A DNA stretch of 64,000 bases from contig NC_058374.1 in NCBI RefSeq assembly GCF_018350175.1, forward strand, positions 8,122,001-8,186,000. The letters run 5' to 3'. The stretch's first letter is position 1. Each line of letters opens with the position of its first letter. The notes beneath the pieces are model-generated. The model was given only the letters and a program-made list of their open reading frames with translations. It was not told where the DNA came from and did no database searches. Both the position numbers and the translations under genes were made by a program. This document shows, in pieces, positions 26,562 to 39,200 of the stretch. Source of the stretch: Felis catus. Lineage: Eukaryota.

Positions 26562-27971
26562 AGAAAACCCAGAAATGAGCCTACAAATATATGGTCAATT
26601 AATCTTTGACAAAGCAGGAGAGAATATTCAATGGAAAAAGACACTCTAGTCTCTTCAATAAATGGTGTTTGGAAAACTGGACAGCAACGTGCAAAAGAAT
26701 GAAACTGGACCACTTTCTTATCCCATACACAAAAATAAATTCCAACTGGATTAAAGACCTAAATGTGAGACCTGAAACCATACAAATCCTACAGAAGAAC
26801 ACAGGTAGTAACCTCTTTGACATCAGCCATAGAAACTTCTTTCCAGATATGTCTCCTGAGGCAAGGGAAACAAAAGCAGAAATAAACTATTGGTACATCA
26901 TCAAAATGAAAGTCTTCTGCATAGTGAAGGGAACAATCAACAAAACTAAAAGGCAGACTATGGAATGGGAGAAGGTATTTGCAAATGACATAGAAAGGGT
27001 TAGTGTCCAAAATAAATAAAGAACTTATTAAACTCAGCACCCAAAAAACAAACAATCCCATTAAAAATGGGCAGAAGATATGAACAGACATTTCTGAAAA
27101 GAAGACATCCAGATGGCCAACAGACACATGAGAAGATGCTCAATATCACTTACCATCAGGGAAATACAAATCAAAACCATGATGAGATACCACCTCACAC
27201 CTGTCAGAATGACTAAAATTAACAACACAGGAAACAGCAGATGTTGGAGAAAGGGGATGTGGAGGATGTGTAAGGATGTGGAGAAAGGGGAACCCTCTTG
27301 AACTGTTGGTGGGAATGCAAACTGGTGCAGCCACTGTGGAAAACAGTATGGAGGTTCCTCAAAAAGTTAAAAATAGAACTACTCTATGATCCAGCAATTG
27401 CACTACGAGGTATTTACTCAAAGAATACAAAAATACTAATTCAAAGGGATACATGCACCCTGATGTTTATAGCAGCATTATCTACAATAGCCAAATTATG
27501 GAAACAACCTGCATGACCATCGAGTGATGAATGGATAAAGAAGATATGGTATATATACACAATGAAATATTAGTCAGTGATAAAAAAGAATGATGTCTTG
27601 CCTTTTGCAATGATGTGGGTAGAACTAGACAGTGTTAAGTGAAATAAGTCAGTTAGAGAAAGACAAATACCATATGAATTCACTAATATGTGGAATTTGA
27701 GACACAAAACAAATGAGCAGAGGGAAAAAAAGAGAGAGAGAGGCAAACCAAGAAACATAATCTTAACTACAGAGAACAAACTGATGACTGATGGTTACCA
27801 GAGGGGAGGTGGGCAGGGCAATGAGTTAAATAGGTGATGGAGATCAAGGAGTGAGCTTGTTGTGATGAGGACCGGGTGTTGTATGGAAGTGTTGAATCAC
27901 TACATTCTATACCCAAAACTAGTATTACACTGTATGTTAACTAACTGGAATTTAAATAAAAATTATAAAAA
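26562..27971 (+). mobile_element. 5'-truncated carnivore L1 (ORF2 C-terminus + 3'UTR), frameshifted
   Basis: ORF-track peptides [11 protein letters not shown]...[23 protein letters not shown]...RYHLTPVRM and [25 protein letters not shown] are L1 ORF2p C-terminus; TSD aatagtaaaattcta (26547-26561) / aataataaaattcta (27972-27986). Confidence 0.93.
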
Positions 27972-28078
27972 AATAATAAAATTCTAGAAAATGCAAACTA
28001 AAGTGCAAAAAGCAAATCTGGGCTCAAATAGGGACTGGAGGTCATGGGGGGTAGGACAGTTACAAAAAAGAACAAGTT

Positions 28079-28310
28079 GGGGCGCCTGGGTGGCTCGGTC
28101 AGTTATGTGGCCGACTTCAGCTCACGTCGTGATCTCATGGTTTGTGAGTTTGAGCCCTGCTTAGGGCTCTGTGCTGACAGCTCGGAGCCTGGAGCCTGTT
28201 TCAGATTCTGTGTCTCCCTCTCTCTCTGCTCCTCCCCCACTCATGCTCTGTCTCTCTCTGTCTCTCAGAAATAAATACATGTTAAAAAAAAGAAAAGAAA
28301 CAGTAGGAGG
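28079..28310 (+). mobile_element. Can-SINE (SINEC)
   Basis: ggggcgcctgggtggctcgg head; TSD caaaaaagaacaagtt / caaaaaagaataaggt. Confidence 0.95.
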
Positions 28311-28951
28311 CAAAAAAGAATAAGGTAACTTTTGGGAGTGATGGATATGCTCACTCTCTTAATATTGTGATGGTGTCTCTTAGCTGTATACAAATGTCAA
28401 TGCTTATCAAATTGTACACTTAAAATATGTACAGTTTACCATATGTGACTTAAAGCTATTAAAATCAATTTGTGTTTCTCTATATAAGAAATAATGTAGA
28501 ATTTAAAAAATATATAATTTATAATAGCATTAATAACATGAAATATATCAACATGAATCTGACAAAATATGCGTAAGTTTCCCTCACTGGAAACTTCAAA
28601 ACAGTATTCAGAAAAATTAAAGGCCTACATAAACGGAGGGACGTATCACTGGAAAGACTAAATATTGTAAAAAAATGTCGACTTTCTCCAATTCCAATCA
28701 GCCACAAACTCTGTGTGTGTGATTCTGAAAAAATTATGAAAATAAAAGACAGACCAATAGTAGAATTATTGAAAGAAGTGGATGAGAGGACTTGCCATAA
28801 TAAATATCAAGACATATTTATAAAGACATAGGCATTAAGAGTCTAATTTGTCACAAGGGCATGGGAGTGAAATTAGAGAGCTCAGAGATAGATACGTGAT
28901 TGTACGCTTGTTTTTGACAATGTTGAACTGTAGAGCAGTGGGGGAAAGGCA

Positions 28952-29151
28952 TTTTTTTTTTAAGTTTATTTATTTATTTTGAGAGAGAGAATTGGGGAGG
29001 GACAGAGAAAGGGAAGAGAGAGAGAATCCCAAGCAGGCTCCACACTGTCAGCTTGGAGCCTGACATGGAGCTTCAATTCACAAACCACGAGACCATGACC
29101 TGAGCCAAAATCAAGAGTCATGCTTAACCAACTGAGCCACCCATGCGTCCC
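28952..29151 (-). mobile_element. Can-SINE (SINEC_Fc2-like)
   Basis: aatcccaagcaggctccacactgtcagc body; flanking gaaagg repeat. Confidence 0.93.
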
Positions 29152-30058
29152 GAAAGGTGTTGTTTGGTTTTTTTTTCAACAAGTGGTACTGGGCCAATTG
29201 ATTAGTAATGGGGCAAAACAATTACTTTTGATTCCTATCTGTTACCATGTGCAAAAAGTTATTCCAGGTGGATCGTACTGAGCTATGACATCTGGGAGAT
29301 CATATAGGGACATATTTTCATGAACATATAAAGATTTTCTAAACAGTATATAAAAACTACTGGCTGTAAAGGAAACAATTGGAAATTTAAATTGCACTGA
29401 ATTTAATAACTTCTCTTCATCAAAAGACACAAGACAGTAAAAATGCAAGCCACAGAACAGGAAGAGATTTTGCAGCATGTGTAACTAACAAATATTCAAT
29501 GTCTAATGAACTCCAACAAATCAAGTATATAAAAGACATATATAATCCATACAAAATAGGTAAAAGACTTTAACTGGCACTTCTTAAAAAAGGACATCCA
29601 ACTGTCCAGTAAATTTATAAAAGCTGTTCAATCTCATTAGTAATCAGGAAAATGTTCACTGAAACCACATTTATATAACGTGATTCATTCACCAGAATGG
29701 CTAATATTAAAAAAACCTGACATTACCAAGTGTTGGCAAAGACTGGAACTCTGACACATTGCGTGTGAGAGTGAAAATTGGTACCATCTTAGAGACATTT
29801 TGGCATTATCTATTAAAATTAAGCATTTACATTTACTACAACCTGAAATTCTACTTGTCGGTATATACTAAGAGAAAAGTGTGAATAATCATGCACAAGA
29901 ATGCTCATTTCCGGATTTTGTTTACTTGTTAAAAACCAAAACCAATTTCAGAACTGACACGTGTCCAGTGGAATTTATAAAGCTTATGAAAAGAAATGAA
30001 TTAAAACTGCTCAAAAACAGTTGAATGTGATAAACATAATGTTGATTAAAAGGAGCTA

Positions 30059-30283
30059 GGGGTGCCTAGGTGGCTCAGTTGGTTGAGCGTCCGGCTTCAG
30101 CTCAGGTCATGATCTCACAGCTCATGAGTTCAAGCCCTGCGTCAGGCTCTGTGCTGACAGCTTGGAGCCTGGAGCCTGCTTCAGATTCTGTGTCTCCTTC
30201 TCTCTCTATCCCTAACCCACTCACATGCTATCTCTGTCTCTCTCCAAAATAAATAAACATTACAAAAATTTAAAAAAAATAAA
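30059..30283 (+). mobile_element. Can-SINE (SINEC)
   Basis: TSD taaaaggagctag (30047-30059 / 30284-30296). Confidence 0.95.
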
Positions 30284-30602
30284 TAAAAGGAGCTAGACTC
30301 TAAAAAATGCTTATTGTATGATCCTATATGTATAAAGTTCAACAAATAGGCAAAATTTGAGTAAAAGATTTAAGGATGAATGCGTAGTTAGTAAGGGCAA
30401 GGGATTGCTATAAAAGTAACATTGTTTCCATCAGGGGACAGCAAGTGTTTTGAGCTGGAGACAGTAGAAAGCAGCCTCCAAAGTTCTAGCAACGTCTTCC
30501 TCCTTGAACTTCAAGGATTTTACACGGGCTTTTAATTTATGGTAATTCATTGAGGTATATTTATATTTGTGTACTTTTGTATATTTCTGGTATGTTTTGC
30601 AA

Positions 30603-30799
30603 TTTTTTAAGTTTATTTATTTATTTACTTATTTATTTAGAGTGGGGAGGGGCAGAGAGGGAGAGAGAGAGAGAGAGAGAAAATCCCAGGCAGGCTCTGC
30701 ACCATCCAGAGCCCAATGCGGAGCTTGAACTCACCAACCTTGAGATCATGACCTGAGCCGAAGTCAGACGCTTAATCGACTGAGCCACCCAGGCGCCCC
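30603..30799 (-). mobile_element. Can-SINE (SINEC)
   Basis: Antisense body ending gccacccaggcgcccc; (GA)n and (TTTA)n tracts. Confidence 0.93.
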
Positions 30800-31140
30800 T
30801 GGAATCTCTTTTTTAAGTGAAGATGAAAAAAAGCTATGGAAATCAAGGGTATCTTAAGTGGAAGTGACCTCTGTGCTTGATTTCTAAGTAAGCCCTAACC
30901 TCTCTTCTTCCTACACTAGCCTTTTGCTTTCGCTTCTGTCTGAAATAGTACATGCAGTTTCACCAATTATAGCTTCATTCTGGCATACGAAGTATTTTTT
31001 GCAAAAATGCAAATACCTTGGGTAGTGAGGGGCTGTCATCGCAAATCTCTTCTTTCCAGATCCCAGAATTCTGTCTAACAAGTCTACATGGTTCATTTTC
31101 CTACAGGTTGAACTGTATTTCTTGTATAAGACTGGGTTTT

Positions 31141-31352
31141 GGGGCGCCTGGGTGGCGCAGTCGGTTAAGCGTCCGACTTCAGCCAGGTCACGATCTCGCG
31201 GTCCGTGAGTTCGAGCCCCGCGTCGGGCTCTGGGCTGACGGCTCGGAGCCTGGAGCCTGCTTCCGATTCTGTGTCTCCCTCTCTCTCTGCCCCTCCCCCG
31301 TTCGTGCTCTGTCTCTCTCTGTCCCCAAAATAAATAAACGTTGAAAAAAAAA
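31141..31352 (+). mobile_element. Young felid SINEC_Fc
   Basis: Diagnostic ggcgcagtcggttaagcgtccgacttcagccaggtcacgatctcgcggtccg; CpGs retained; perfect 13-bp TSD aagactgggtttt (31128-31140 / 31353-31365). Confidence 0.98.
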
Positions 31353-31499
31353 AAGACTGGGTTTTACTGCCATTTATAGAGTAGTTTCTACAGAGACCAA
31401 ATTCAGATTTAGGTTCCCAAACAAAGTATTGGAATATGATCTGTTTGTCACTGGAGAAGGCCTGTACAGTGACTCACATGATATGAAGGAGTATTGATA

Positions 31500-31685
31500 G
31501 GACTTAGATCTGGATTAACCGGGCCCAAGTTTTGGGTCTAACTAATTATTAGCTGCTTTACTGTGAGAAAAGTATTAGGCCTTCATGAGGCTCAGTTCCC
31601 TCACTTGCAAAATGTGAGTAAAAATACCCATCCTCAAAAGATGCTATGGGGCTCGAATGACATAAAACACTATACAAGTGTGAGA
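31500..31685 (+). mobile_element. MIR SINE
   Basis: tattagctgctttactgtgagaaaagtatt...gaggctcagttccctcacttgcaaaatg. Confidence 0.6.
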
Positions 31686-34600
31686 AATAAAGACTTCGAT
31701 TCACAGCAGTTAGGAATAAAATTGCATGTAAGAGATAAACTAGACTAATAAGAATGCCATGTAGGACTACATCATTGCTCCGTTTAGCTGGCATTCTGTC
31801 TCTCACCTTGTTAGTATTTTGAGCAGCTGCCTCATAATTGAATCCCTCCGTGTTATTCTCAGAGGCTCAGAAAATATCCGTGGAGTGTTTCTTCCTTACC
31901 TTACGTAAACCTTTGTGAATGGATCAGCCATATTTTCCTCGGGACTCTTACTGTGTAAAAGGTAGTGACCGGCATATAATCAACCATAAATATTTATTGA
32001 ATTTAAAACTTACCTTGAACCTCTTTGTATGTACAATTCGAACCACATCTTGCCATGGCTATGCATGCATGGCATAGTCTGCCTATGCCCTATATGCTAT
32101 GTAAAGTGGGCACTTTCATTTGTCCTGCGACTATAGTGTGTGGATTGAGGGTATTCTCCCTAGATTTAGGATAGAAGAAAGGGAACCCATATCATTTGGA
32201 GCCATTACTGAACACTGAAGAAGGTTTTGAGAATTTTTCTTTGAAGTCTCGAAGCGTAAGACGACATGTATCTATTGACTTATTTACATACACTGTTTGG
32301 TATTTTTAAAAAACAGAGATGATGACCTACCATAGACTTTATAAGGTCCTAAGCCTCTATGAAATTATTAAAAAATCACTTTTTATTCTATTTGCCCAGA
32401 TTCATCACCATCCCTGTGACATCGAGGGACTCCCGCCCATGATGGACGGGGTGGGTGGACAGTCATTTCACAGGGGTCAAAGCTGTCTGGCCCGTGGGGC
32501 AAACAGTTCTGCTGCCTTGTTCTCCTTAGCATCAGGCCAGCCAAGCCAACAGGCTGTGCTGTAGACATTTAGTAGTAGGAGAAGACTGGAAGCCACACAC
32601 ATACTTTTTGTTTTAATAAAATAAAACGTATCTTTTCTAGAAGAGCAGTAGTTTTACAACTATGTATAACAAAACAAAAATATTTGGCCTTTCCATGCCT
32701 CTAAAACTTCTGTGTCAAAGTTTCTGGTGTAAAACATCCAAACCCGTACAGAGGTCTCTGAGATGACTTAAGACATTCTTCTCACTGTGTCTGTGCAAAA
32801 GAATGGTGACCATCAATTGTGGCTCAGAATCTCCGAGGGAGACGTAAGATGAAGGATTGAATTAGCTGCATAGTCTGTTGGGGTTTGGGCGAGAACCATG
32901 TGGACACATAGAAGAATCAATAGGACATTGCCCAAGCGGCCCATCCTCCTGGGAATTTTCCAGCTGTCTTTGTGGAACGCTTTCTAAACATCCTTCAATA
33001 AGCTATTTAATTTACCATTTAAATTTAAATCAGAGGGGTACTTAACCCTTGAGTCCTGGCTTGGGGTACTGAATTAATGAAAAGGAAAGACACATGACTC
33101 TATCTGGATCTCTTCACAAAGATATATCTTTTCTATCACGTAATGCTACTTTTATAGGAGAAAAAAATCTCAATGGATTTATTTTACTCTTTCCACTATG
33201 GAATGACAGGGAGCTGGGAGAGAGAATAAAGACAGCTGTTTCTTGGGTGGTTATAGTTTTTGTAACTTTTCCTGGAGATTTTCATTTTCTGTTTTTGCTC
33301 ACACTGACGAATAACCCGGTTGTGGTTCTCTTGCTTTTGGTCCAAAAGGTCAGGATTGCTTGTAGATAGAAGCGTGGTTGGTTTCGTGGTCCCCCCAAAT
33401 TATCCTGGACTTCAAAGAANNNNNNNNNNNNNNNNNNNNNNNNNNNNNNNNNNNNNNNNNNNNNNNNNNNNNNNNNNNNNNNNNNNNNNNNNNNNNNNNN
33501 NNNNNNNNNNNNNNNNNNNNNNNNNNNNNNNNNNNNNNNNNNNNNNNNNNNNNNTCAGAGACATTTCCCTGTTTGTACAGTAGAATCTAATCGTTGGCTT
33601 TGAGGGGAAGGCTCTCCTGCTCCTGCTCCGTTGTCAGGAGTTTCCGAGCTCAGTTTTCACTTACTGATGCACTAAAGGAGCGGTGCCAGGAACCAAAAAA
33701 AGCTGCATTAAATTCCTCTGGAGTATATTTCTGTCAACATTGTGTATCACTAAAAAAAAGAACCTGGTTCTGTTTTCAAAGCTTTCATTTCTTTCACAAA
33801 TTGCAAAATGTTCCATGAGTGGCCAGAAATTGACAGGCAGAGCAGAGGAGTGGGGAAGGGCCCATGCTTTCTGAGCAGGCGTCGGGGAGGAAAAAGTGCA
33901 AAACAATGTGACAGATTTTTAACGCGTCGACTTGAGGATCCGTCCGATTGAGTATAAGCGCCTCAGCGATGCTCTCCACAAGATACTCAACGATGTGCAA
34001 CACGGTCCAGGAACAGCTTTGGAGACACACTGAAATTGTACTCACATCCCGTGATGGCTTCATTCCGTGTCATTTGTAACCTTATTTTGTCTGCCCTAGG
34101 AAGCTCCTGGAGGGTGAGGGCAGGGATTGTATCTTAGTCTAGAAACTTCCTTTGAGGAATAGAACAATAACCTGTATTTGGTTCAATTTGTTTTTAAATA
34201 TTTCTCGCGTTAATATGGCGAATCTCCAACTTTTGAGTGAATTTTTATTTTTGAAAGCTGCTGAAGACAATTAGAACGGAATCTGGTAAATTACCAATCT
34301 CTGTAATACTGTTTAGCAAAAGCAACACGTAAATTAAAAAATGAAGGTCAATAATGATACATATCCAATGATCAGGGCGAATAAAAGAATATCACACCCA
34401 GGGGAAACCAAATGAGAAAATACACCAAAATGTTAATATTAGAGAGTTTGGATTATCGACATTGGTTTTTTTTTTTTTTTGCACATTCATAGTAGAACAA
34501 AATAAATCCTTATTTAGAAAAAAAATAATGAAGCAGATTTTCTTTTGCAATGAATACACAGTCTCCTGCCTGAGGGAAATTATATGCAGGAAGATCAAAA

Positions 34601-35301
34601 CTATTTTAAGCCATGGAACCATCTTTGCAACAAAAGCCTTCAAATTAAGAGAAAGATGGCTGCTGTTTATTGAAAAGCTACAAGGTATGGAGCACAGCGT
34701 TCTGCGCAAATGATCTCCCACCCAGGAAATACCCTGCAAGGTGCATATTTTAATTTCAAAAGCCATTTTTTCCAGAAACCGGAGGGTAGAAAGATGAAGT
34801 AAGTTGCCCGAGGTCACACGTGGGGTGAGCGTATGGGGTTGAGTGTAGGACTTTGGACTCTGAAGCCCATGATCTTTCAATGTCAGAGAGCCTCTTCCCG
34901 TTTCCAGTGGGTCTGTGCCTTGGCCAAAGGCAAGCGCCCTGACAGTAAAGGCCTTTTACAGACCAGCCCTGCCTCACCATCTTAGCTCCCTCCTCCTCCC
35001 CAGGCTCTCCAGGGACGTTCCTACTCAGCCACTTTCCCTGCAGGGTCCTCGGCTCGTGCATCCTCGTACAGCCAATTCAAAGCCTTCACAGACGTAAACA
35101 TTCCCCGGACGTCTTCAGTGTGCTGGAAACATGCCGACCTTTGAGTTTTTATCGACCCTGCTATTCATCGGGTATCTGCTTTTTGTCAGCTCTTATATAT
35201 TTTCGTATCATCATGCAATATGTTACGGACACACGGCTTTCTCCACAGCTCGAATTTTCTCGAGGTCAGGCATACGTATTTTGTTTTGGCATCGACCGTG
35301 G

Positions 35302-35530
35302 CATCGCATAATGGTTAAGAGAACAGAACCTGGAGTCATGACCCCAGTGGCTGTACCACTTTCTCACTGTTGGGCCTTGAACACGTGAGTTAATGTTTGT
35401 GACTCCTAGTTTCCTCATCTGCAAACTGTGTTAATAATACTAATTACTTCCTAGAGTTGGTATTAATACAGGGACAGCAAGTATGTTCATGACACGTTGA
35501 AAGCACCCAGTAATTATTATTATCATTAGC
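35302..35530 (+). mobile_element. MIR SINE
   Basis: gcataatggttaagagaacagaacctggagtca...agtttcctcatctgcaaactg. Confidence 0.7.
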
Positions 35531-35746
35531 AGCAATACTCTTATTAATAAAAAATTAGCACAGGAAACTATGTAATAATAAGAGAGTAAAAAAAAAACGT
35601 TTAAAATAACCCCAGAAGAGTTTTTCACATCTCTTTAGATCTTTTCCGCATGCATAGCTATCTTTTCTTAATGAAAAAAATAATAGACATTTATGTGTTA
35701 CATTTATATTACTTAACCCAGTGCTAAATGTTTAGAAAGCACTTGA

Positions 35747-36068
35747 ATCAGAGAAAGACAAATACCATATGATTTCACTCGTATGTGGAATTTCGGAAAC
35801 AAAACAGATGAACATATGGGGGCAGGGGGGAGAGGAGAGAGGGAAACCAACCACAGAGACTCTTCAGGATAGAGAATAAACTGAGGGTGGGTGGAGGGAG
35901 GTGTGTGGGGGATGGGCTAGATGGGGGATGGGCACTCAGGAGGGCACTTCTTGTGATGAGCACTGGATGTTGCATGTACGTGATGAATCCCTGAATTCTC
36001 CTCCTGAAACGGATGTTGCACTGTATGTTAACTAACTAAAATTTAAATTAAAAGAAGTAAAAAAATAA
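35747..36068 (+). mobile_element. 5'-truncated carnivore L1 3'UTR
   Basis: cagagaaagacaaataccatatgatttcactc...ctgtatgttaactaactaaaatttaaa; perfect 11-bp TSD aaagcacttga (35736-35746 / 36069-36079). Confidence 0.92.
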
Positions 36069-37389
36069 AAAGCACTTGACACACTTTTCAAAATGCCTAT
36101 GAATAAATGTGGTCACGTTCAGACAGTAACAAAAAAAGGGGGGAAAACCGGAAAATGCAAACTTTCAAACAATGCTGTGGTTGGTATAGGAGCAGTGATG
36201 GATTTAAAAATGTAGGCAGACCTATGCAAAGAGTTTAACTTAACAATAACAGATGGGGGTTGTTGGGTGCTGGGCTGTTTTTACAGGAGCAGAGTTCCTT
36301 CACTGTGGAGTGACTCATGGGGAGGCCGGTGGGACTCAGTTGACTTTCTTGCTTGTCTGTTGGAGATGGTCAGCGACTCACATATATGTCTCTTGGGGTG
36401 CTTATTGTCTGTGACTAATGTTCCAAGCTAATAGATGATTCTAAAACTTTTTCCAAAGAATCAAGATGCTCGATGACACGAGCCCCTCTCACCCCCTTTC
36501 TCCTGCATGCACATTAAGTGGTGCCCTGGTGGATGGGATTCATTTGCAGCCTCAGAGTTTAAAAAAAGTTACAGCCAAGAGCAATTCTGTTCTATTGACA
36601 CTAGAGCATAGCTGCCTAGCATCACAAGAAGACAAGAAAATAGCTTTGGAATTGTCTGGGCATTCAGCCTCCACCTGTATTTGGGGCTGTGTGGGTTTGT
36701 GCTGCTTGAGGCTTACGCCTGAGGTTTTACTTCTGAGAGTGGCAGGAGAAAGGTGACAAGTTTGGGTTACAAAAATGAGTAATGAGAGTGATCAATCAGC
36801 TGAGACTGGTTATTACTGCAAACAGTCAAGTATTTGAAACACCGATCTGAATTGTAGGGCTTCTTATAATGAGAGACTTCCAAAGAACCACAAGCCCCTG
36901 TGCATTAAATCCTGGGTGTGTTTTGAACAACATCAATAGGTAGGCAGCTGTCTTTCAGGCGTTAAGTTGTTATATTATCTAGAACTGCTTTCGCTATTCT
37001 TGCTGATGAGTAGAATGCCAATAACATAATTTACGATGAGTTAAGCAACAGACACAATACCTCAGTAAGGAAAGAGGCACGTGAAAAATATTCCCTAGAC
37101 GACACGAGGGTTATTCTAATCTGCAAGAGGCAAACGATTTAACTGCAAGTCCCAGATTCTTTACAGGACAGCTAGTCCTCACTGTGGTTAGAGTGATCTT
37201 CCTGAACTCAAAGTTGGAGGGCGTCCCTTCACTGCGGGCCATTGGCTCTGTTGTGATCATGTGGCGTTCAGCATCACGTACGACTCGTCTCGCAAGACGT
37301 CGCTCGTGTATCAAGTTAAAATTTATCAGAAATGTTTGCTCGTCTTGCGGAACGCTCGCAGAACAAGTTGCCTGCAATCCAAGGTTTTA

Positions 37390-37643
37390 CTGTATACGTA
37401 CATATTGCAAAATGGTTGCCAGAATAAGTTTAGTTAACATCCATCACCGAATACAGTTAAAAATCTTTTTTTCTTGTGATGAGAGCTTTGGAGATTTACT
37501 CTTTGCAACTTTCAAAGAGTTCACTTTGTGAGCTATGGTCACCATGTGGTCCATGAGATCACTAGGACTTATAACTAGAAGTTAGTACCTTCTGATCACC
37601 TCCACCTGTTTCGCCCAACCCTAACCTCCTCACTACCTTCTGG
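37390..37643 (-). mobile_element. L1MA9-like 3' end fragment
   Basis: aataagtttagttaacatccatcacc; ttcttgtgatgagagc; ggacttataactagaagtt. Confidence 0.75.
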
Positions 37644-37764
37644 AGTTCTTTATTGACACCCCAGCCTCCACCAGAGAAGTTAGCACGTGTAAAAGGACTG
37701 CTTGTTTGCCCGTGGATCTTCCCGAAGACACACGGTCCATGTCGAAGAGGTCAATACACATTGG

Positions 37765-37930
37765 TTCATTAAAACCTCACAAGAACTCCTTCCAGGTAGA
37801 GAATTATCATCTTCATTTCACGGATATGGAAACCTGAGCTCTGTTAGACTAAATCCGTTGTTTCAAATCATGCAGTTAGTACGTGGCAGAGCTTGGCTTA
37901 AACTGAGGTTTCTTTGCATCCAAAGCTCAT
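37765..37930 (-). mobile_element. MIR SINE
   Basis: cctcacaagaactccttccaggtagagaattatcatcttcatttcacggatatggaaacctgag. Confidence 0.65.
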
Positions 37931-39022
37931 TGGTTGAGAGGCTGCCAAACGCGTAAAGATTGGTCATGATAAAACAGTTCAGTTATTCAGAAAACTGGTA
38001 TTAATTTCACGTATGTAATCAGAATGAGTGAATGAGTAACTGATGGCTCTGTTTCAGGCAGACTAACAGAAGACTCTAAAACTTGTATTGACTCTGATCT
38101 GTGAGATGCTAACAGATAATGGAATTCTAGAGTCTCGACGAGGGGTCCTTGTAGGAAAAGGTCCACAACTCCTCTTGAGACAGCAGAACACTTCCATCCT
38201 AGGAGGAGAGGCTTGTGCCCACTCTTGTCTTGCTGCTCCCTACTGGGCAACGGGTTGGATGGGGTGATACGATTAGCAGGAACTGAGGACCAGAACTATG
38301 AAGCAAGACCTTGGGGGTGGGGATGGAGGTGAGGACCCTCTTCCCGGCCACAACCCTGCTGGCAGTTTCGGTCTGGACTCTCTGGCCACCTCTTTATTCT
38401 GAATGGTACAAGAATTGGATTTCTTACCCGTCCTTCATTTTCTTATGTCCTGTTGCTTCCATTCTTTTTTCCTCTCCCTTGGGAATTCCTCCCTTGGGAA
38501 TGAATCTGTTTGACGATAGCCTTAATAATGATGAGACAAAAAGGGACTTTAGAGATTCACTTGGACGACCTTGCCTCCCCCCGCTCTTTTTCCACCTCAC
38601 CGTTGTACGTGAGGAGGGACGGGTGTGTCTTGGAACAGAAAAGGTTCCTTTTGTGTCACCGTCCTTAATCTAGGTGTTCCACCATAGCGGTGGGATACAG
38701 TGTGAGAGCCAGGATGGGGTCACAGGGTGGGAGCCTCATCAACAGGAAATAGCAACAGTGAGATCTGGGAATATAGACCTCTCTACTCCCTCACGTGTAC
38801 TCAGCCTGCATAAACAATACTGGGCTGTCGTGGGGCGAAAAACAGGGTGAGTGCGGGATCTCCCAAAAAGCGAAAAAGGGGTTTTAGTGATGGGGAGGAG
38901 GGAGAGTGAACACGGGAGAAAAATCCCAGTCTGTAGCAATGGGGGACAAAGGGGTGTTTCTAGGGAGAACCACTTTTTTATGATGACATTTTCTGGAGCG
39001 TTCCAAGTGAGGGTACGAGAAT

Positions 39023-39200
39023 CAGCAGTTCTCAAATTTTAGTAGGTTGACGCCCGATCACCTTTGTTAAAATGCAAAGTCCCAGACTTTACTCTTCCGT
39101 TCTTGATTCAACAGGTGAGTGGGGCCCAAGAATCTGATTTTTTAAATACCACGGGTAATTAAAACATAGGTGGCTTATGCGCCAAGCTTTGAACCACATC
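39023..39200. mobile_element. MER5A-like hAT-Charlie MITE
   Basis: cagcagttctcaaa start; tgttaaaatgcaaagtccc; gtggggcccaagaatctgattttttaaa. Confidence 0.7.

Larger units (their letters stand above)
22860..28465 (+). mobile_element. Old L1 (L1MC/MD-like): decayed ORF1, ORF2 and 3'UTR hosting younger insertions
   Basis: Endonuclease start acattaaatgtaaatggcataaat (TLNVNG) ~23262; RT segment aaaggcatccagattgggaagaaagaagtaaaactgagtttatttgca (KGIQIG-KEVKLSLFA) ~25012; 3' end aattgtacacttaaaatatgtacagttta ~28410. Confidence 0.8.
28466..30600 (+). mobile_element. Ancient L1 (L1ME-like) ORF2 and 3'UTR remnant
   Basis: ggaaagactaaatattgtaaaaaaatgtc; taacttctcttcatcaaaagacac; aatctcattagtaatcaggaaaatg; ccaagtgttggcaaag. 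Confidence 0.7.

Noticed and set aside
26606-27516. Protein-like ORFs as a host gene
   Set aside because: They are frameshifted L1 ORF2p C-terminal pieces of a 5'-truncated element.
30070-31373. Recurrent peptides such as AQVMIS..SSSPASGSVLTA and GAPGWRSRLSVRLQPGHDLAVREFEPRVGL
   Set aside because: Translations of Can-SINE bodies, not a gene family.
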